Source of the DNA: an uncultured Verrucomicrobiae bacterium
GTDB lineage: Bacteria; Verrucomicrobiota; Verrucomicrobiia; Limisphaerales; JAFGQR01
Assembly: GCA_963788655.1 (NCBI GenBank)
Contig: CAWBHS010000110.1
Location: forward strand, 64,001 to 128,000
Reading direction: 5' to 3'
DNA length: 64,000 bases
The notes under the pieces were generated by a model. That model was not told where the DNA came from and searched no databases. It worked only from the letters and a program-made list of their open reading frames with translations. The position numbers and the translations under genes were made by a program. Shown one piece after another: positions 21,434-32,348 of the stretch. Numbering within the stretch: the stretch's first letter is position 1; each line of letters opens with the position of its first letter.

Positions 21434-22138
21434 ATGACCACGAATCAATTTATGTTTGCTGCTTTTGCTGGAGCGCTCGCGGGGTTGCTGCACGTGTTTT
21501 CCGGTCCGGATCACTTGGCTGCGGTCGCTCCCTTGTCCCTGGAACACGGTCCGAGATCGTGGCGCATCGGGCTGGGCTGGGGTGTGGGACATTCGGCCGG
21601 AGTCATTGTGCTGGGCTTGGTGTTGTTGCTCCTCAAAGAATTTTTGCCCCTGGAGGGGATTTCTTCATGGGCGGAACGCCTGGTGGGCGTGGTGCTGATC
21701 GGCATTGGTATTTGGGGACTGCGCAAAGCTTTTGCCAACAAGGTTCACCTTCACGCGCACCAGCACGGCGGTGAGCAGCACGCGCATTTCCATGTCCATG
21801 GAACCAAAACCGCGCACAGTCCCGCCCGCTCCAGTGCCCACCAACATTCCCATGCGGTCATGGGGGTCGGGATGCTGCACGGACTGGCCGGTGGCTCGCA
21901 CCTGATGAACATGGTGGTGGCGCTGGCTTTCCCGACGCGGGTGCAGACCCTTACTTACATCGGCACCTACGTTTTGGGCACCGTAACGGCGATGTCTTTC
22001 TTCTCTTTACTGGTCGGCTGGATCGCGGCCCGGTGGGCCGTGGGCAGCCAGATGGCCTATCGAAATCTCATGGTGGCCTGCTCGGTCGTGGCCCTGCTCC
22101 TGGGAGGGTATTGGCTGCTGGCGCCCGTTGGGCCATAG
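21434..22138 (+). CDS. His-rich nickel/cobalt transporter (UreH/NiCoT-like, DsbD_2 fold)
   Basis: GLLHVFSGPDHLAAV, WGVGHSAG, HLHAHQHGGEQHAHFHVH loop and GMLHGLAG. Confidence 0.8.
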   Translation: MTTNQFMFAAFAGALAGLLHVFSGPDHLAAVAPLSLEHGPRSWRIGLGWGVGHSAGVIVLGLVLLLLKEFLPLEGISSWAERLVGVVLIGIGIWGLRKAFANKVHLHAHQHGGEQHAHFHVHGTKTAHSPARSSAHQHSHAVMGVGMLHGLAGGSHLMNMVVALAFPTRVQTLTYIGTYVLGTVTAMSFFSLLVGWIAARWAVGSQMAYRNLMVACSVVALLLGGYWLLAPVGP

Positions 22139-22300
22139 GGATTTTCGCAAAAAAACTCAAAAAAACTTGTTGTCAAAGCCGGGGCTTTTTCCTATGTATC
22201 GCGCCAATGCACCGTTTTTGGTGCGCGGGCAAATTGGTTTTTTGCCCACTAAAACGCATAAAAACGAAACCGAAACATAGTTCGCAGGAGGAACATATTG

Positions 22301-23583
22301 ATGAAAGTAAATAAATGGACAGTGGGGCTGGCAGCCGTTGGGCTGATCAGTCTCCCCGCGGCCTTACAGGCCGAAGAACAAATGAGCCCGGTCGAAACGG
22401 CCTTGGCTTCAACAGTCATTAGCGGTTACGTCAACACCGCTGCGCAATGGAACTTCGGGACCGGCAATGGCTATATGGACACGCTGGACGGCGATTACTA
22501 CGGCTTGCCCAGGTATTCATACAATACCCCGAATAAACAGGACGGATTCAGCCTTAACGCAGTCAAGCTGAGTATCGAAAAACCGCTGGATCCCAACCAA
22601 CAATGGTCGGCTGGGTATCAAGCTGACTTGATGGTTTGGTCCGGATGCCAACTTCCTGGGCAGCACCTCGGTGGCCGGGGGCAATACGTCCGACTTCGCG
22701 ATTCGGCAAGCCTACGTTGCATTGCGAGCGCCGGTTGGGCATGGGCTGGACTTCAAGGTGGGCGTTTTTGACACCATCATTGGTTACGAAAGCTCCGATG
22801 CCGGCAGCAACCCGAACTACACCCGGTCATACGGATACTCGATTGAACCGACGACGCACACCGGGCGTTTTGGCCTCGTACAAGTTCAGTGACTTGGTTT
22901 CGGCGTCCGTGGGTATCGCGAATACGGTCGGCCCGATGATCAACGAGCAAGCTTGGTTGGCGTCTGGTTATCAAAAAGCCGAATCGTACAAAACCTACAT
23001 GGGCTCGATCGCCCTGACCGCTCCGGAATCCATGGGATTCCTGGCCGGTTCAACGCTTGTATGGCGGCGTGGTGAGCGGATTTAATTCAGCCGGCCCGCG
23101 CTGATACGACTAGTTGGTACGCGGGAGCCACTATCGCCACTCCCGTAGATGGACCTCAGACTGGGCGTATCGTACGACTACCTGGTATTGGCAAACAACC
23201 CGCAACGAGTGGCCCCGCTGCTATCTCTAACGGTGGCTACGCCAATGCTCTCGCCCTTTATCTCACCTACGAATTCACTGAGAAACTCAGCTCGCATACT
23301 CGCGCCGAATATGCATGGACAAGTTTTGATGGTCTGTTGCTTCCGCTGCATCCCAGCGATCCTCCCATTGTCCGGCACAGCGACACCCCCGGAAAGTTAC
23401 AGAGTCATGGCGCTCACTGAAACGCTCCAATACGACCTGTGGAAGAACGTGCTGACCCGCTTGGAATTCCGTTGGGACCATCAAGCCGATGGCTTCGGTC
23501 GCGCTTACGGTGGAACTCCCAACACCACGCAAGGCAAACGCAACAACTTCATCTTGGCGGCCAACGTCATCTACAAGTTCTAA
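22301..23583 (+). CDS. Outer-membrane beta-barrel porin (BBP2/OmpL-like), several frameshifts
   Basis: Signal peptide; ISGYV, IRQAYV, KVGVFDTIIGYES, LTRLEFRWD and terminal NVIYKF spread over ORFs 22298, 22671, 22636 and 23149. Confidence 0.75.
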
Positions 23584-23602
23584 CCTAAATTAGGTTCATC
23601 GC

Positions 23603-23633
23603 AACCCTCCCGAGCCATTCGGGAGGGTTTTTT
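23603..23633 (+). terminator. Rho-independent terminator after the porin gene
   Basis: AACCCTCCCGA-GCCAT-TCGGGAGGGTT followed by a T-run. Confidence 0.85.
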
Positions 23634-23734
23634 GTTGCCCGCTTCACCCGTCGCAAATCTGCGCATGTTCTTGGCGCTTGCAGGGTCCGGTAATTTCTCT
23701 TTATTTGCCGGACAGCTTATGCTAAACAGCCGCC

Positions 23735-24460
23735 ATGCCGTCCGAGAACGAAAGTATTGGATTCACGATTTGGGGTGCGGACAAGCAAAGCTACGGCCCG
23801 GTGGAACTGCCCGCCTTGGTGGACTGGGTCAAGGAGCATCGCGTCACCGCCGACACCTGGATTTTCTGCGACCAGCACAATGCCTGGCGCAAGGCGAGCA
23901 ACGTGCCGGAATTGCAGATGTTTTTTCCGGGCAACACCCAAGGGCCCGCCGCCGTCAAAGCGGGCGCCGGCGTCTCCGAGCAGACCGCGATCATCTCCGT
24001 GCAACCCAATTCCTTGCGCCGGGTGAAAGTGCTCGCGGAATTCAAGGACGACCAACTGGTGCGCTTCGCCAACTTCATGGAAGTGATCAAGGTGCGCCAA
24101 TGGGAAGTCGCGGTGAAGCAGGGCGACCACGGGGACGCCATGTTCATGTTGCTGGAAGGCGAATTACGTGTCCGCATGATGATCGACGGCAAAGAAACCA
24201 TGCTGGTCGTTCTGGCTCCGGGCGATTTCTTCGGCGAGGTTTCCTTGTTCGACCACGGACCGCGTTCGGCTGACGTGGTGGCCAATAAGGACAGCAAGCT
24301 GTTGAAAATCTCCGCGTCGTCTTTTGAACCCATGATGACTGAAGCGCCCGACTTGGCGGCGCCATTTCTGTTCTCGATGAGCAAAACGCTCACCGCCCGC
24401 ATTCGCGCCGACAACAAAAGGTATCGCGACGCCATCAATTACGCCCGCACAGCACGCTAA
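23735..24460 (+). CDS. GYF_2/DUF4339-like N-terminal domain plus cyclic-nucleotide-binding domain protein
   Basis: YGPVELPALVDWVKEHRVTADTWI...WRKASNVPEL, then GDFFGEVSLFDHGPRSADVVA; no HTH. Confidence 0.8.
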   Translation: MPSENESIGFTIWGADKQSYGPVELPALVDWVKEHRVTADTWIFCDQHNAWRKASNVPELQMFFPGNTQGPAAVKAGAGVSEQTAIISVQPNSLRRVKVLAEFKDDQLVRFANFMEVIKVRQWEVAVKQGDHGDAMFMLLEGELRVRMMIDGKETMLVVLAPGDFFGEVSLFDHGPRSADVVANKDSKLLKISASSFEPMMTEAPDLAAPFLFSMSKTLTARIRADNKRYRDAINYARTAR

Positions 24461-24463
24461 CAG

Positions 24464-24601
24464 AATGACAAGGTCCAAAGCCCAAGGTCCAAAGAATGAT
24501 CAATTTCCAAGCTCCAACCCAATCTGGACATTCTTCCTGCATAAACTGGACATTGAGCATTGGATATTCTCTGGTGTTTGGGCCTTGGGCTTTGGTCATT
24601 C
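24464..24601. repeat. Inverted pair of degenerate heptamer tandem repeats
   Basis: CAAGGTC CAAAGCC CAAGGTC CAAAGAA ... TTGGGCC TTGGGCT TTGGTCATT between convergent genes. Confidence 0.6.
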
Positions 24602-24604
24602 AGT

Positions 24605-25567
24605 TCACGCGCGCGGGTGCGCGGCATCATAGGCGCGTTTGAGCCGTTCGGTGGTCACGTGCGTGTACACCTGAGTCGTGACAAGGTGCGCGTGACCGAG
24701 TAATTCCTGGACGCTGCGCAGATCGGCGCCGGCATCCAACAGGTGCGTGGCGTAACTGTGACGCAGCTTGTGGGGGGTCAGGTGCGGATCCAATCCCGCG
24801 GCGGCCAGATAAAGTTTGAGCCGCCGCTGCACCAATCGCGGCTGCAACGGGCGGAACTTCTTCTCCGCGGCCAGGAACACCGGCATGGCGCCGACTGGGG
24901 CCGCGGGCAGCATCGACCAATAGAGCCGCAACGCTTCCAAAGCCGGCGCACCGACGGGCACCATCCGTTCCTTTTTGCCTTTGCCGCGGAGGCGCAGGAT
25001 CTGATCATCCCAGCCGATGTCTTCGGCGCGCAAACCGCACAGTTCACTGATCCGCAAACCGCACGAATAAATGGTTTCCAGGATGGCCATGTCACGATAC
25101 GGCACCGTGGGTTCGACCGGGCGGCCGGCCCGTTTGCCGGGTTCGGATATTGTTTTCAACGGCGCGCGCAACAGGTTCAACATTTGTTGGACGGTAAGAT
25201 ATTGCGGCAGCCGCCTTTCAGGCTTGGGTAAAGCGATGTTCTTGATCGGGCTGGATTCCAGCATGCCGCGCCGGATGAGCCATTTGTAAAAGGTCCGCAG
25301 CGCACTGAAGCGAAGTTGAATGGCGGCACGGCTGAACTGCTTTCGCCCCAGGAACCGCAAGTAGCTGCGGAAATCGTCGCGCTTCAGCACCGGCCATCGC
25401 GGGGACGCCCGGCGCTCGTCCTGATGCCAGCGGCAAAACTCAGCCAGCGCCTGGCGGTAATTGCGTTGCGTGTAGAGCGACGCGTCCCGGTCCGTGGCCA
25501 GATGGTCGAGGAACTCAAGGATCTGGGGATCGAGTTGGACAGCGTTGTCAACCGTGCGTTCGCTCAT
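24605..25567 (-). CDS. xerC: Tyrosine recombinase XerC
   Basis: RDMAILETIYSCGLRISE, GKGKKER, HKLRHSYATHLLDAGADLRSVQELLGH and TTQVYTHV. Confidence 0.88.
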   Translation of the reverse strand: MSERTVDNAVQLDPQILEFLDHLATDRDASLYTQRNYRQALAEFCRWHQDERRASPRWPVLKRDDFRSYLRFLGRKQFSRAAIQLRFSALRTFYKWLIRRGMLESSPIKNIALPKPERRLPQYLTVQQMLNLLRAPLKTISEPGKRAGRPVEPTVPYRDMAILETIYSCGLRISELCGLRAEDIGWDDQILRLRGKGKKERMVPVGAPALEALRLYWSMLPAAPVGAMPVFLAAEKKFRPLQPRLVQRRLKLYLAAAGLDPHLTPHKLRHSYATHLLDAGADLRSVQELLGHAHLVTTQVYTHVTTERLKRAYDAAHPRA

Positions 25568-25665
25568 GCCGCCAGCGTAGCGTTACCATGGGCAAAGCCA
25601 AGCTTCTCCTTCTTGGTCACTACGCTTGTCGGCGGCTGAAAGTGGACCTAGGCTGACGCGTAGTT

Positions 25666-26481
25666 ATGCCGACATTTTACGATACGCACGCGCACCTGGA
25701 TGATCCGCGGTTCACCGACGATCTTGTGGCGGTGGTGGAGCGGGCCCGGGCCGCGGACATCGCGAAGATTATTTGCGTGGGCACAGATTTCGAAAGCAGC
25801 CGCCGAGCCATCCAGTTGAGCGAGCAGTTTGCCCAGATCTATGCCGCGGTGGGCTGGCACCCGACCCATGTCCTGGAGGCGCCGGAGGATGTCCGTCCGG
25901 AACTGCGGGAACTGGCGCAACATCCCAAAGTGGTGGCCATCGGAGAAACCGGACTGGATTATTTTCACGCGCCGGGCCGCCGGGCCGGCGGCGCGGAGGT
26001 CGGTTGGGAAGAATATAAAGACCGGCAGGCAACCCTGTTTCAGCAACAGCTCGAAGTGGCCGCCGAGTGCGGACTCAACATCGTGGTTCACCATCGCAAG
26101 TCACTGGACGATTGTCTCAAGCTGGCGGCCCCGTTCGCCGGCAAAGTGCGGGGGCAGTTCCATTGTTTCGAGGATGATGCCGCCGCCGCGCAACGAGTGT
26201 TTGAACTCGGATCGCTCGTGAGTTTCACCGGCATCTTGACGTTCAAGAACAAACCGGTGGTTCGCGAGGCCCTGGCGGCCGCTCCGTTGGATCGGTTCAT
26301 GATGGAAACGGATTCTCCTTACCTGGTGCCGGAACCCAACCGGGGCAAGATCAAACGGTGTGAGCCGGCTTTCGTCCAAGACACCGCCGCTGTCGCGGCG
26401 CAGGTCAAAGGTTGCTCGCTGGCGGAATTAAGCGAAGCCACCTGCCAGACGGCGCACGAGTTCTTCCCTAAACTTGGCTGA
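25666..26481 (+). CDS. tatD: TatD family hydrolase
   Basis: DTHAHL, AVGWHP, AIGETGLDY and ETDSPYL. Confidence 0.92.
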   Translation: MPTFYDTHAHLDDPRFTDDLVAVVERARAADIAKIICVGTDFESSRRAIQLSEQFAQIYAAVGWHPTHVLEAPEDVRPELRELAQHPKVVAIGETGLDYFHAPGRRAGGAEVGWEEYKDRQATLFQQQLEVAAECGLNIVVHHRKSLDDCLKLAAPFAGKVRGQFHCFEDDAAAAQRVFELGSLVSFTGILTFKNKPVVREALAAAPLDRFMMETDSPYLVPEPNRGKIKRCEPAFVQDTAAVAAQVKGCSLAELSEATCQTAHEFFPKLG

Positions 26482-26516
26482 CGCACAGGGACAGTTCTGG
26501 AGATTGGGCGGCTGAT

Positions 26517-26837
26517 TCAGGCACTCCAGCGCAACTCGCGGAATTCTCCGGACCGCATCGAGTTCACGGCGTCAGCCACCTCGGATTGGTGTTGCTGAAT
26601 CGTCAGCCAGTTGGTGGTGGGCAAAACCAAGATCGCCAATTGCCGGCCGGCGAGGTTCTGTTGATACACCAAATTCTGATCGGTGGTGACCAAGACATCG
26701 AAGTGTCCCTCGGCCGCACGCAACAAGTCTCCGTTCTCAAGATTGGACCATCCCAACTCATACGCCGTGGTGACTTGGTTCGGGGTGAGAGCGCGGCGCA
26801 AGGGAACTGGAGTGCCTTGATCGAAAAGGACGCGCAT
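26517..26837 (-). CDS. DUF5615 PIN-like putative toxin
   Basis: MRVLFDQGTP...GWSNLENGDLL...DVLVTTDQNLVYQQNL; directly downstream of a DUF433 gene. Confidence 0.8.
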   Translation of the reverse strand: MRVLFDQGTPVPLRRALTPNQVTTAYELGWSNLENGDLLRAAEGHFDVLVTTDQNLVYQQNLAGRQLAILVLPTTNWLTIQQHQSEVADAVNSMRSGEFRELRWSA

Positions 26838-26849
26838 GGGACGGTCGGC

Positions 26850-27074
26850 TCAAGTCATTACCACCGCCAACGATGACTTGGCGAACTTGAGCACGGTCAA
26901 TGCCTGCTCGCGGGTTACCCCAGGAAACCATTCGAGAAATTGGTCCACGGTCGCACCGCCTTCGAGATTCTCGAAGAGGGCCTGCACCGGCACGCGCGTT
27001 CCCTGGAACACCCAAGCGCCGCTCACTTTGCCGGGCACACGCTCCACCGCTACACAATTTGTCCAATCCAACAT
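26850..27074 (-). CDS. DUF433 putative antitoxin
   Basis: PGKVSGAWVFQGTRVPVQALFENLEGGATVDQFLEWFPGV. Confidence 0.88.
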   Translation of the reverse strand: MLDWTNCVAVERVPGKVSGAWVFQGTRVPVQALFENLEGGATVDQFLEWFPGVTREQALTVLKFAKSSLAVVMT

Positions 27075-27124
27075 GCATCACAAACTAAGCCGTCGCCCAG
27101 ACACGGGCAAGGGGTAAGGTCGGA

Positions 27125-28385
27125 TCAGCGCAGGAACATTTCCGCCACCGTGTCGGCGAAGCGAAGTCCCTGGCGCGTCAGGCGAAACCGGTCCGGTTCC
27201 TGAAGGCCCCAACCTTGGGCCGTCAATTGGTCCAGTGCGTCATGCCATTCCTGGCGCAGGTCGAAGCCGGTGACCCGCTGGAATTCCACGAACGGCCAGC
27301 CAGCGGTCATGCGGAGTCCGAAGGCGGCGATTTCTCCCGCGCGTTGCAAAGGAGCCAGTTCATCGCTCGTCTCGAGGGCGCGTTGACCCCGCTCCAGTTG
27401 CTGACAATACAGGGGGGTGTTGGACCAGTTCTTGGTGCGGACGCCGTTCATGTAACTGGCTGCGCTGGGCCCCAAGCCAAGGAACGGTCCACCGCGCCAG
27501 TAGTTCAGATTGTGCCGGCAAGCCAGGGAGGGGAAGGGCCCGTTGGAACTCGGGTCAAACGGCGCCGTTGCCGATTGGTTGGCCGTTGCCATGGGGGAAG
27601 AATCAGCTTGAAGCGGCTGGCCGGGACCAAGTTTGGGGAGGCGCTGGTCGCGGGCAAAATTAGCGACTTCATATTGGACGAAGCCGTGAGCAGTCGCCTG
27701 TTCCAGCAGTTCGTCATACATGGCGCAGGCCAGATCTTCGTCCACGCTGAATTCATGGGCCTGAAGTTGCGCGTAGAGGGGCGTGTCTTCCTCGTAAATG
27801 ACTTCGTAGCTGGAGAGATGTTGCGGTCCCAGGCCCAGGGCTTCATCCAAGCGTGGCGCGCCAGACTTCGAGGGTTTGGCCGGGAATGGCAAACATCAGG
27901 TCGAGGCCGATGTTGTCGAAGCCCGCCTGCCGGAGCACGGCCAAGGTTTTGAACACCATCTCGCGGCTGTGAACGCGGCCCAACCGGTCCAGGAGGTTTT
28001 CGTCGAGCGATTGGACGCCCAGCGAAATGCGGTTCACTCCGAACTCGCGCCAGAGCCGGGCTTTGTCCAGCGACACCGTGGCCGGATTACACTCGATGGT
28101 CCATTCGGGGACCGCGAGCCAATTGAGTCCAGCCATCGTGTCGAGGATTTGCTGCCATTGGTTGACGTTCAGCAAGGACGGAGTGCCACCGCCAAAGTAG
28201 ATGGTTTGCGGACGAAGCGAGCTGGCGACCAATTCCATTTCCCGGCGAAGGGCGGCAACGTAGCGATTAATGGTGTCACCGGAGGAGGGTTCCGAATAGA
28301 AGGCGCAATACTCACACTTGTGCGCGCAGAACGGCACGTGAACGTAAAGACTGGCGGCAGCGGTGGTGCCCGACGATTGCAACAC
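27125..28385 (-). CDS. hemW: Radical SAM heme chaperone HemW, frameshift near 27850
   Basis: LYVHVPFCAHKCEYCAF, YFGGGTPS, NRISLGVQS, YEVANFAR and HNLNYW. Confidence 0.88.
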
Positions 28386-28469
28386 GACGACATCCTACGG
28401 CGGCGGCCGCAGTACGTCGAAGCAAAAGGGCGGGTGGAAACCGCCCGGTTGGCCGGCGAGACCGCCGAG

Positions 28470-28676
28470 TCAACTCTGGGCGCGTTCCACGTTGAGCGCC
28501 TTGGGTCCTTTGTCGCTGGGGACGAGTTCGAAGCTTACGGGTTCACCTTCCTGAAGCGTCTTGTAGCCGTTGCCCGAGATGCAACTGTAATGCACAAAAA
28601 CATCCTGTCCCGCTTCCTGGATAATGAAGCCAAATCCCCGCTTGTTGTCGAACCACTTAACTTTGCCACTGGCCAT
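28470..28676 (-). CDS. Cold-shock domain protein
   Basis: GKVKWFDNKRGFGFI...DVFVHYS...GYKTLQEG. Confidence 0.95.
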   Translation of the reverse strand: MASGKVKWFDNKRGFGFIIQEAGQDVFVHYSCISGNGYKTLQEGEPVSFELVPSDKGPKALNVERAQS

Positions 28677-29118
28677 AACGATGTCCTTCCGTGATTATCC
28701 TTCCAGGGCCGGTGTCTAGCTGTGAAACCATTCAACGAAAAGGGCTTGCTCGCTTCTTCGTTGCTGACTGAAGAGTTCATGGGTTCCATTGACACTAGCT
28801 TTCTCGAATGGCCGGCAGGCTAAGCAGTTGCGCCCCACAGGTCAAGCGTCAGTTTGGAAAACTTTTACCCCCCCGTCGGAAGCAGGGGCCTTAATGCTGG
28901 GCGACCCATCAGGCCGGACCGGTTCCAGGCTTGGCCGAGCGGAACTACGATGCCAGCTTTCGCGACCGGGTTAGCGTCGAACGCACCAACGTGAGGCCGA
29001 GGTTTTCAGCCGCCGCTCGTCAAGAAGGTCCAGGCGCCGGGCACGACTTTCCGGTTGAAACAGCGCGGGTTAAGGCGGAGACTCGCGGTAGTTGGTCAAT
29101 CACGTGGCAGATGAAGTT

Positions 29119-29556
29119 ATGAATGAAGGCAGACCCATCGAGATATTCCTCATCGAGGATAATCCCGGCGACGCGCGGTTAACGGTGGAAGCGTTGCGGG
29201 AAGCCAAGGTTCACAATCGGCTCAGTTGGGTTACGGACGGCGCCGAAGCGCTGGCTTTTCTGCAGCGCGAGGGCAAGCACGCCAATGCGCCCCGGCCCGA
29301 TCTCATCCTGCTGGACTTGAATCTGCCGCGCAAAGATGGGCGGGAAGTGCTGGCTGAAATCAAGAAAAACGATAAATTCCGGCGCATTCCCGTGGTCGTC
29401 CTTACCACCTCCCAGGCGGAGGAAGACATCCTCAAGGCGTATCATTTGAACGCCAATTGTTACATCACGAAACCGGTGGATTTGGACAAATTCATTGAGG
29501 TGGTTAGGACGATCAAGGACTTCTGGCTCTCGATTGTCCGGCTGCCCTCCGAATAA
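29119..29556 (+). CDS. Single-domain response regulator, Rcp1-like
   Basis: [28 protein letters not shown] and [10 protein letters not shown]. Confidence 0.92.
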   Translation: MNEGRPIEIFLIEDNPGDARLTVEALREAKVHNRLSWVTDGAEALAFLQREGKHANAPRPDLILLDLNLPRKDGREVLAEIKKNDKFRRIPVVVLTTSQAEEDILKAYHLNANCYITKPVDLDKFIEVVRTIKDFWLSIVRLPSE

Positions 29557-29588
29557 ACGCGGTCGGTTATGCGCGAAAGGCACCACCC

Positions 29589-31906
29589 ATGAATTCGCCC
29601 GGCCCGGTCGGCGGAACCCCTCAGGGCCCAATTCCACGACGGCGGCTGTGGCCGGCGGTGCTGGTGCTGGCCGGCGGGTGCGTCCTGTCGGTGCTCTTGT
29701 TCTGGCTGGTGCATGAGAACGACCGGCAACGTGTGCAGTCGGATTTCACCCGTTGGGCGCATCAACGCAAAGCCACGTTGCAGCGAACGGTGGAAGACCA
29801 CTTGGATATACTGCGGTTTCTCGGCGCGCTTTTTTTCTCTTCCGAGCACGTGGACCGGCGGGAATTCCGTAGGTTTGCTCGCGACAACAGGGACCGGTTG
29901 CCGGCCATTGGTTTGTTGGAATGGCTGCCGCGGATTCCCCAAGCGCAACAGGCCGGGCACGAAGCCAAGTTGCGGGCTGAAGGTTTCCCCGATTACCACA
30001 TCGTGATTCACAGTCCGGCGGGGGGGCTGCAAGCGGCTCCCCCCCAGCCGTTGTATTTTCCCGTCGTGTATGTGGTGCCGGCCCGGGCGGAGAGCAATCA
30101 CCTCGGACTGGACCTGGCGGCAGTGCCCGAGTTTGCGGCGGCTATGAAGGGCAGCGTGGAAGCCGCCCGTCCGGTCATGGCCCGAATGCACTGGACGAAC
30201 ACCGTGAACGGTCGCGTTCCGGACTGGCGGGCGTTTCTGGCGGTCTATACCAACGGCGCCGCCCATGATACACCGGCGCAACGCGAGGCGAATTTGGCCG
30301 GTTTTGTTTCCGCCGAATTGAACCTTCGTGAGCTGACGAAGGATCCCTTGGTCGAAGCCGGAGAGGACGCGACGGCCACCCGGAGGATGATGGCGGTGGC
30401 GGACAACGTGGCCATCCAGTTGCAGGATCTGGCCGCCGGTTCAGAGGTGGCTTTTCAATCCGAGAATTGGCCGTCGGACGCACGGCCCGCAAACCAATGG
30501 TCCCAGCGATTCGACCTGCGCCTGGGGGGGCGACCCTGGAAACTGATTTGTTTGCCGACCCCCGCGTACCTGACCCGGCAACACATCTGGCAATCGTGGG
30601 CCACGCTGGGTGGGAGTCTGCTGTTGAGCGTGCTGGTGGCTGCCTACCTGTTCAGCGCGTCGAACCGTGAGCTGAAAGTGAACCGGATCGTGTGGAATCG
30701 CACCACTGAACTCAGCCAGGCCAACGAACAGTTGCGGGCCGAAATCCTCCAGCGCCAAGCCGCCGAACAGACGCTCGAGGAGGAACGGCATCTCTTGGAA
30801 GCTCTGATGGATTCCACCCCCGACCACATTTATTTCAAGAACCGTCAAAGCCGGTTTTTGCGCATCAACCGGGCGCAAATGGAAATTTTCAAACTGACCG
30901 ATCCCGCGGAGGCGGTGGGCAAGAGTGACTTCGATTTTTTTACGAATGAACACGCCCAAGCCGCGTTTGATGATGAACAGGAAATCATGCGCACCGGCCA
31001 ACCGTTGATCGGCCGGGAAGAAAAAGAAACCTGGTCGGACGGGACGGTGACGTGGGTTTCGACGACCAAGCAATGTCTGCGGGACAAAGCAGGAACGGTG
31101 ATCGGCACCTTCGGCATTTCGCGGGACATCACCGCGCACAAACTGGCCGAGGAAGCGCTGGCCGAAAAGACCCAGGAACTGCTGCGCTCCAACCAGGAAC
31201 TCGAACAGTTCGCTTACGTGGCGTCGCACGATTTGCAGGAACCGCTGCGGATGATTGCCAGCTACACCCAATTGCTGGCCCGTCGCTATCAAGGCCGGCT
31301 GGACCAGGATGCCGATGAGTTCATCGGCTACGCGGTGGAAGGGGCCTCGCGCATGCAGACGTTGATCAACGATTTGCTGACGTATTCGCGAGTGGACCGC
31401 CGGGGCAAACCCTTCGCGCCAACAGACTGCGACCAAGCCCTGCAATTGGCGTTGGACAATTTGAGGGTGGCCATCGAAGACGCCGGAGCGGTCATACACC
31501 GCGATAAGCTGCCCCGCGTAATAGGCGACGACGTGCAGTTGACACAACTGTTCCAAAACTTGATCAGCAACGCGATCAAGTTCCACGGCGAGCGCGCCGC
31601 CGGAGATTCGGGTGACGGCCACCTTGGGGGATAGTGCGGTCCAGATGGGCCCCTCGCCCCGGCACCAGGAATGGGAGTTCCAGGTGCAGGACAACGGCAT
31701 TGGCATTGAGCCGGAGTATTTCGAACGCATTTTTGTCATTTTCCAGCGCTTGCACACGCGGGAGCAGGTCCTCGGGCACGGGCATTGGATTGGCCGTGTG
31801 CAAGAAAATCGTGGAACGGCACGGCGGCCGGATGTGGGTCAAATCCGAAATGGGGCAGGGTTCGACCTTTTATTTTACCATCCCTTGCATCAAACTGGAC
31901 TCATGA
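29589..31906 (+). CDS. CHASE-PAS sensor histidine kinase, frameshifts near 31600 and 31770
   Basis: Two TM helices flanking a CHASE domain (YFPVVYVVP...GLDL), a PAS domain, [14 protein letters not shown] and an HATPase tail continued in ORFs 31612 and 31634. Confidence 0.9.
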
Positions 31907-32337
31907 ACGACCGAGCCGTGGAAATTTTGCTGGTGGAGGATAATCCGGGAGACGCCCGCCTGACCAAGGAAGCGCTCAAGGAGGCCAAAGTCCGCAACCA
32001 CCTGACCCACGTAAAAGACGGGGCGGAAGCGCTGGCCCTGCTCCGGCGCGAGGCCCCCTTTACCATGGCCCTGCGCCCGGACTTGATCCTGCTGGACTTG
32101 AATCTGCCGCGCAAAGATGGCCGGCAGGTCTTGGCGGAAATCAAGAACGACGCCCAATTGCGCCGGATCCCGGTGGTCGTGCTGACGACGTCGCAGGCCG
32201 AGCAGGACATCCTCCGGGCCTACAATCTGAACGCCAATTGTTACATCACCAAACCCGTGGATTTGGAACAGTTCCTCACGGTGATTCGCAGCATTGAGGA
32301 ATTCTGGCTGACCATCGTCAAATTGCCCAACGAGTAA
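31903..32337 (+). CDS. Single-domain response regulator, Rcp1-like (paralogue of 29119-29556)
   Basis: ATGA overlap with the kinase stop; [12 protein letters not shown]...[15 protein letters not shown]...[10 protein letters not shown]. Confidence 0.92.
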   Translation: MNDRAVEILLVEDNPGDARLTKEALKEAKVRNHLTHVKDGAEALALLRREAPFTMALRPDLILLDLNLPRKDGRQVLAEIKNDAQLRRIPVVVLTTSQAEQDILRAYNLNANCYITKPVDLEQFLTVIRSIEEFWLTIVKLPNE

Positions 32338-32348
32338 GGCCCCAACTC

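Noticed and set aside
20999..21434. Absence of pyrC after pyrR-pyrB
   Set aside because: Split pyr operons are common; cannot be judged from this window.
24605..27074. Integrative element or prophage (tyrosine recombinase plus TA pair)
   Set aside because: The recombinase has housekeeping XerC signatures and neighbours tatD and hemW; no att repeats, tRNA or phage genes were seen.
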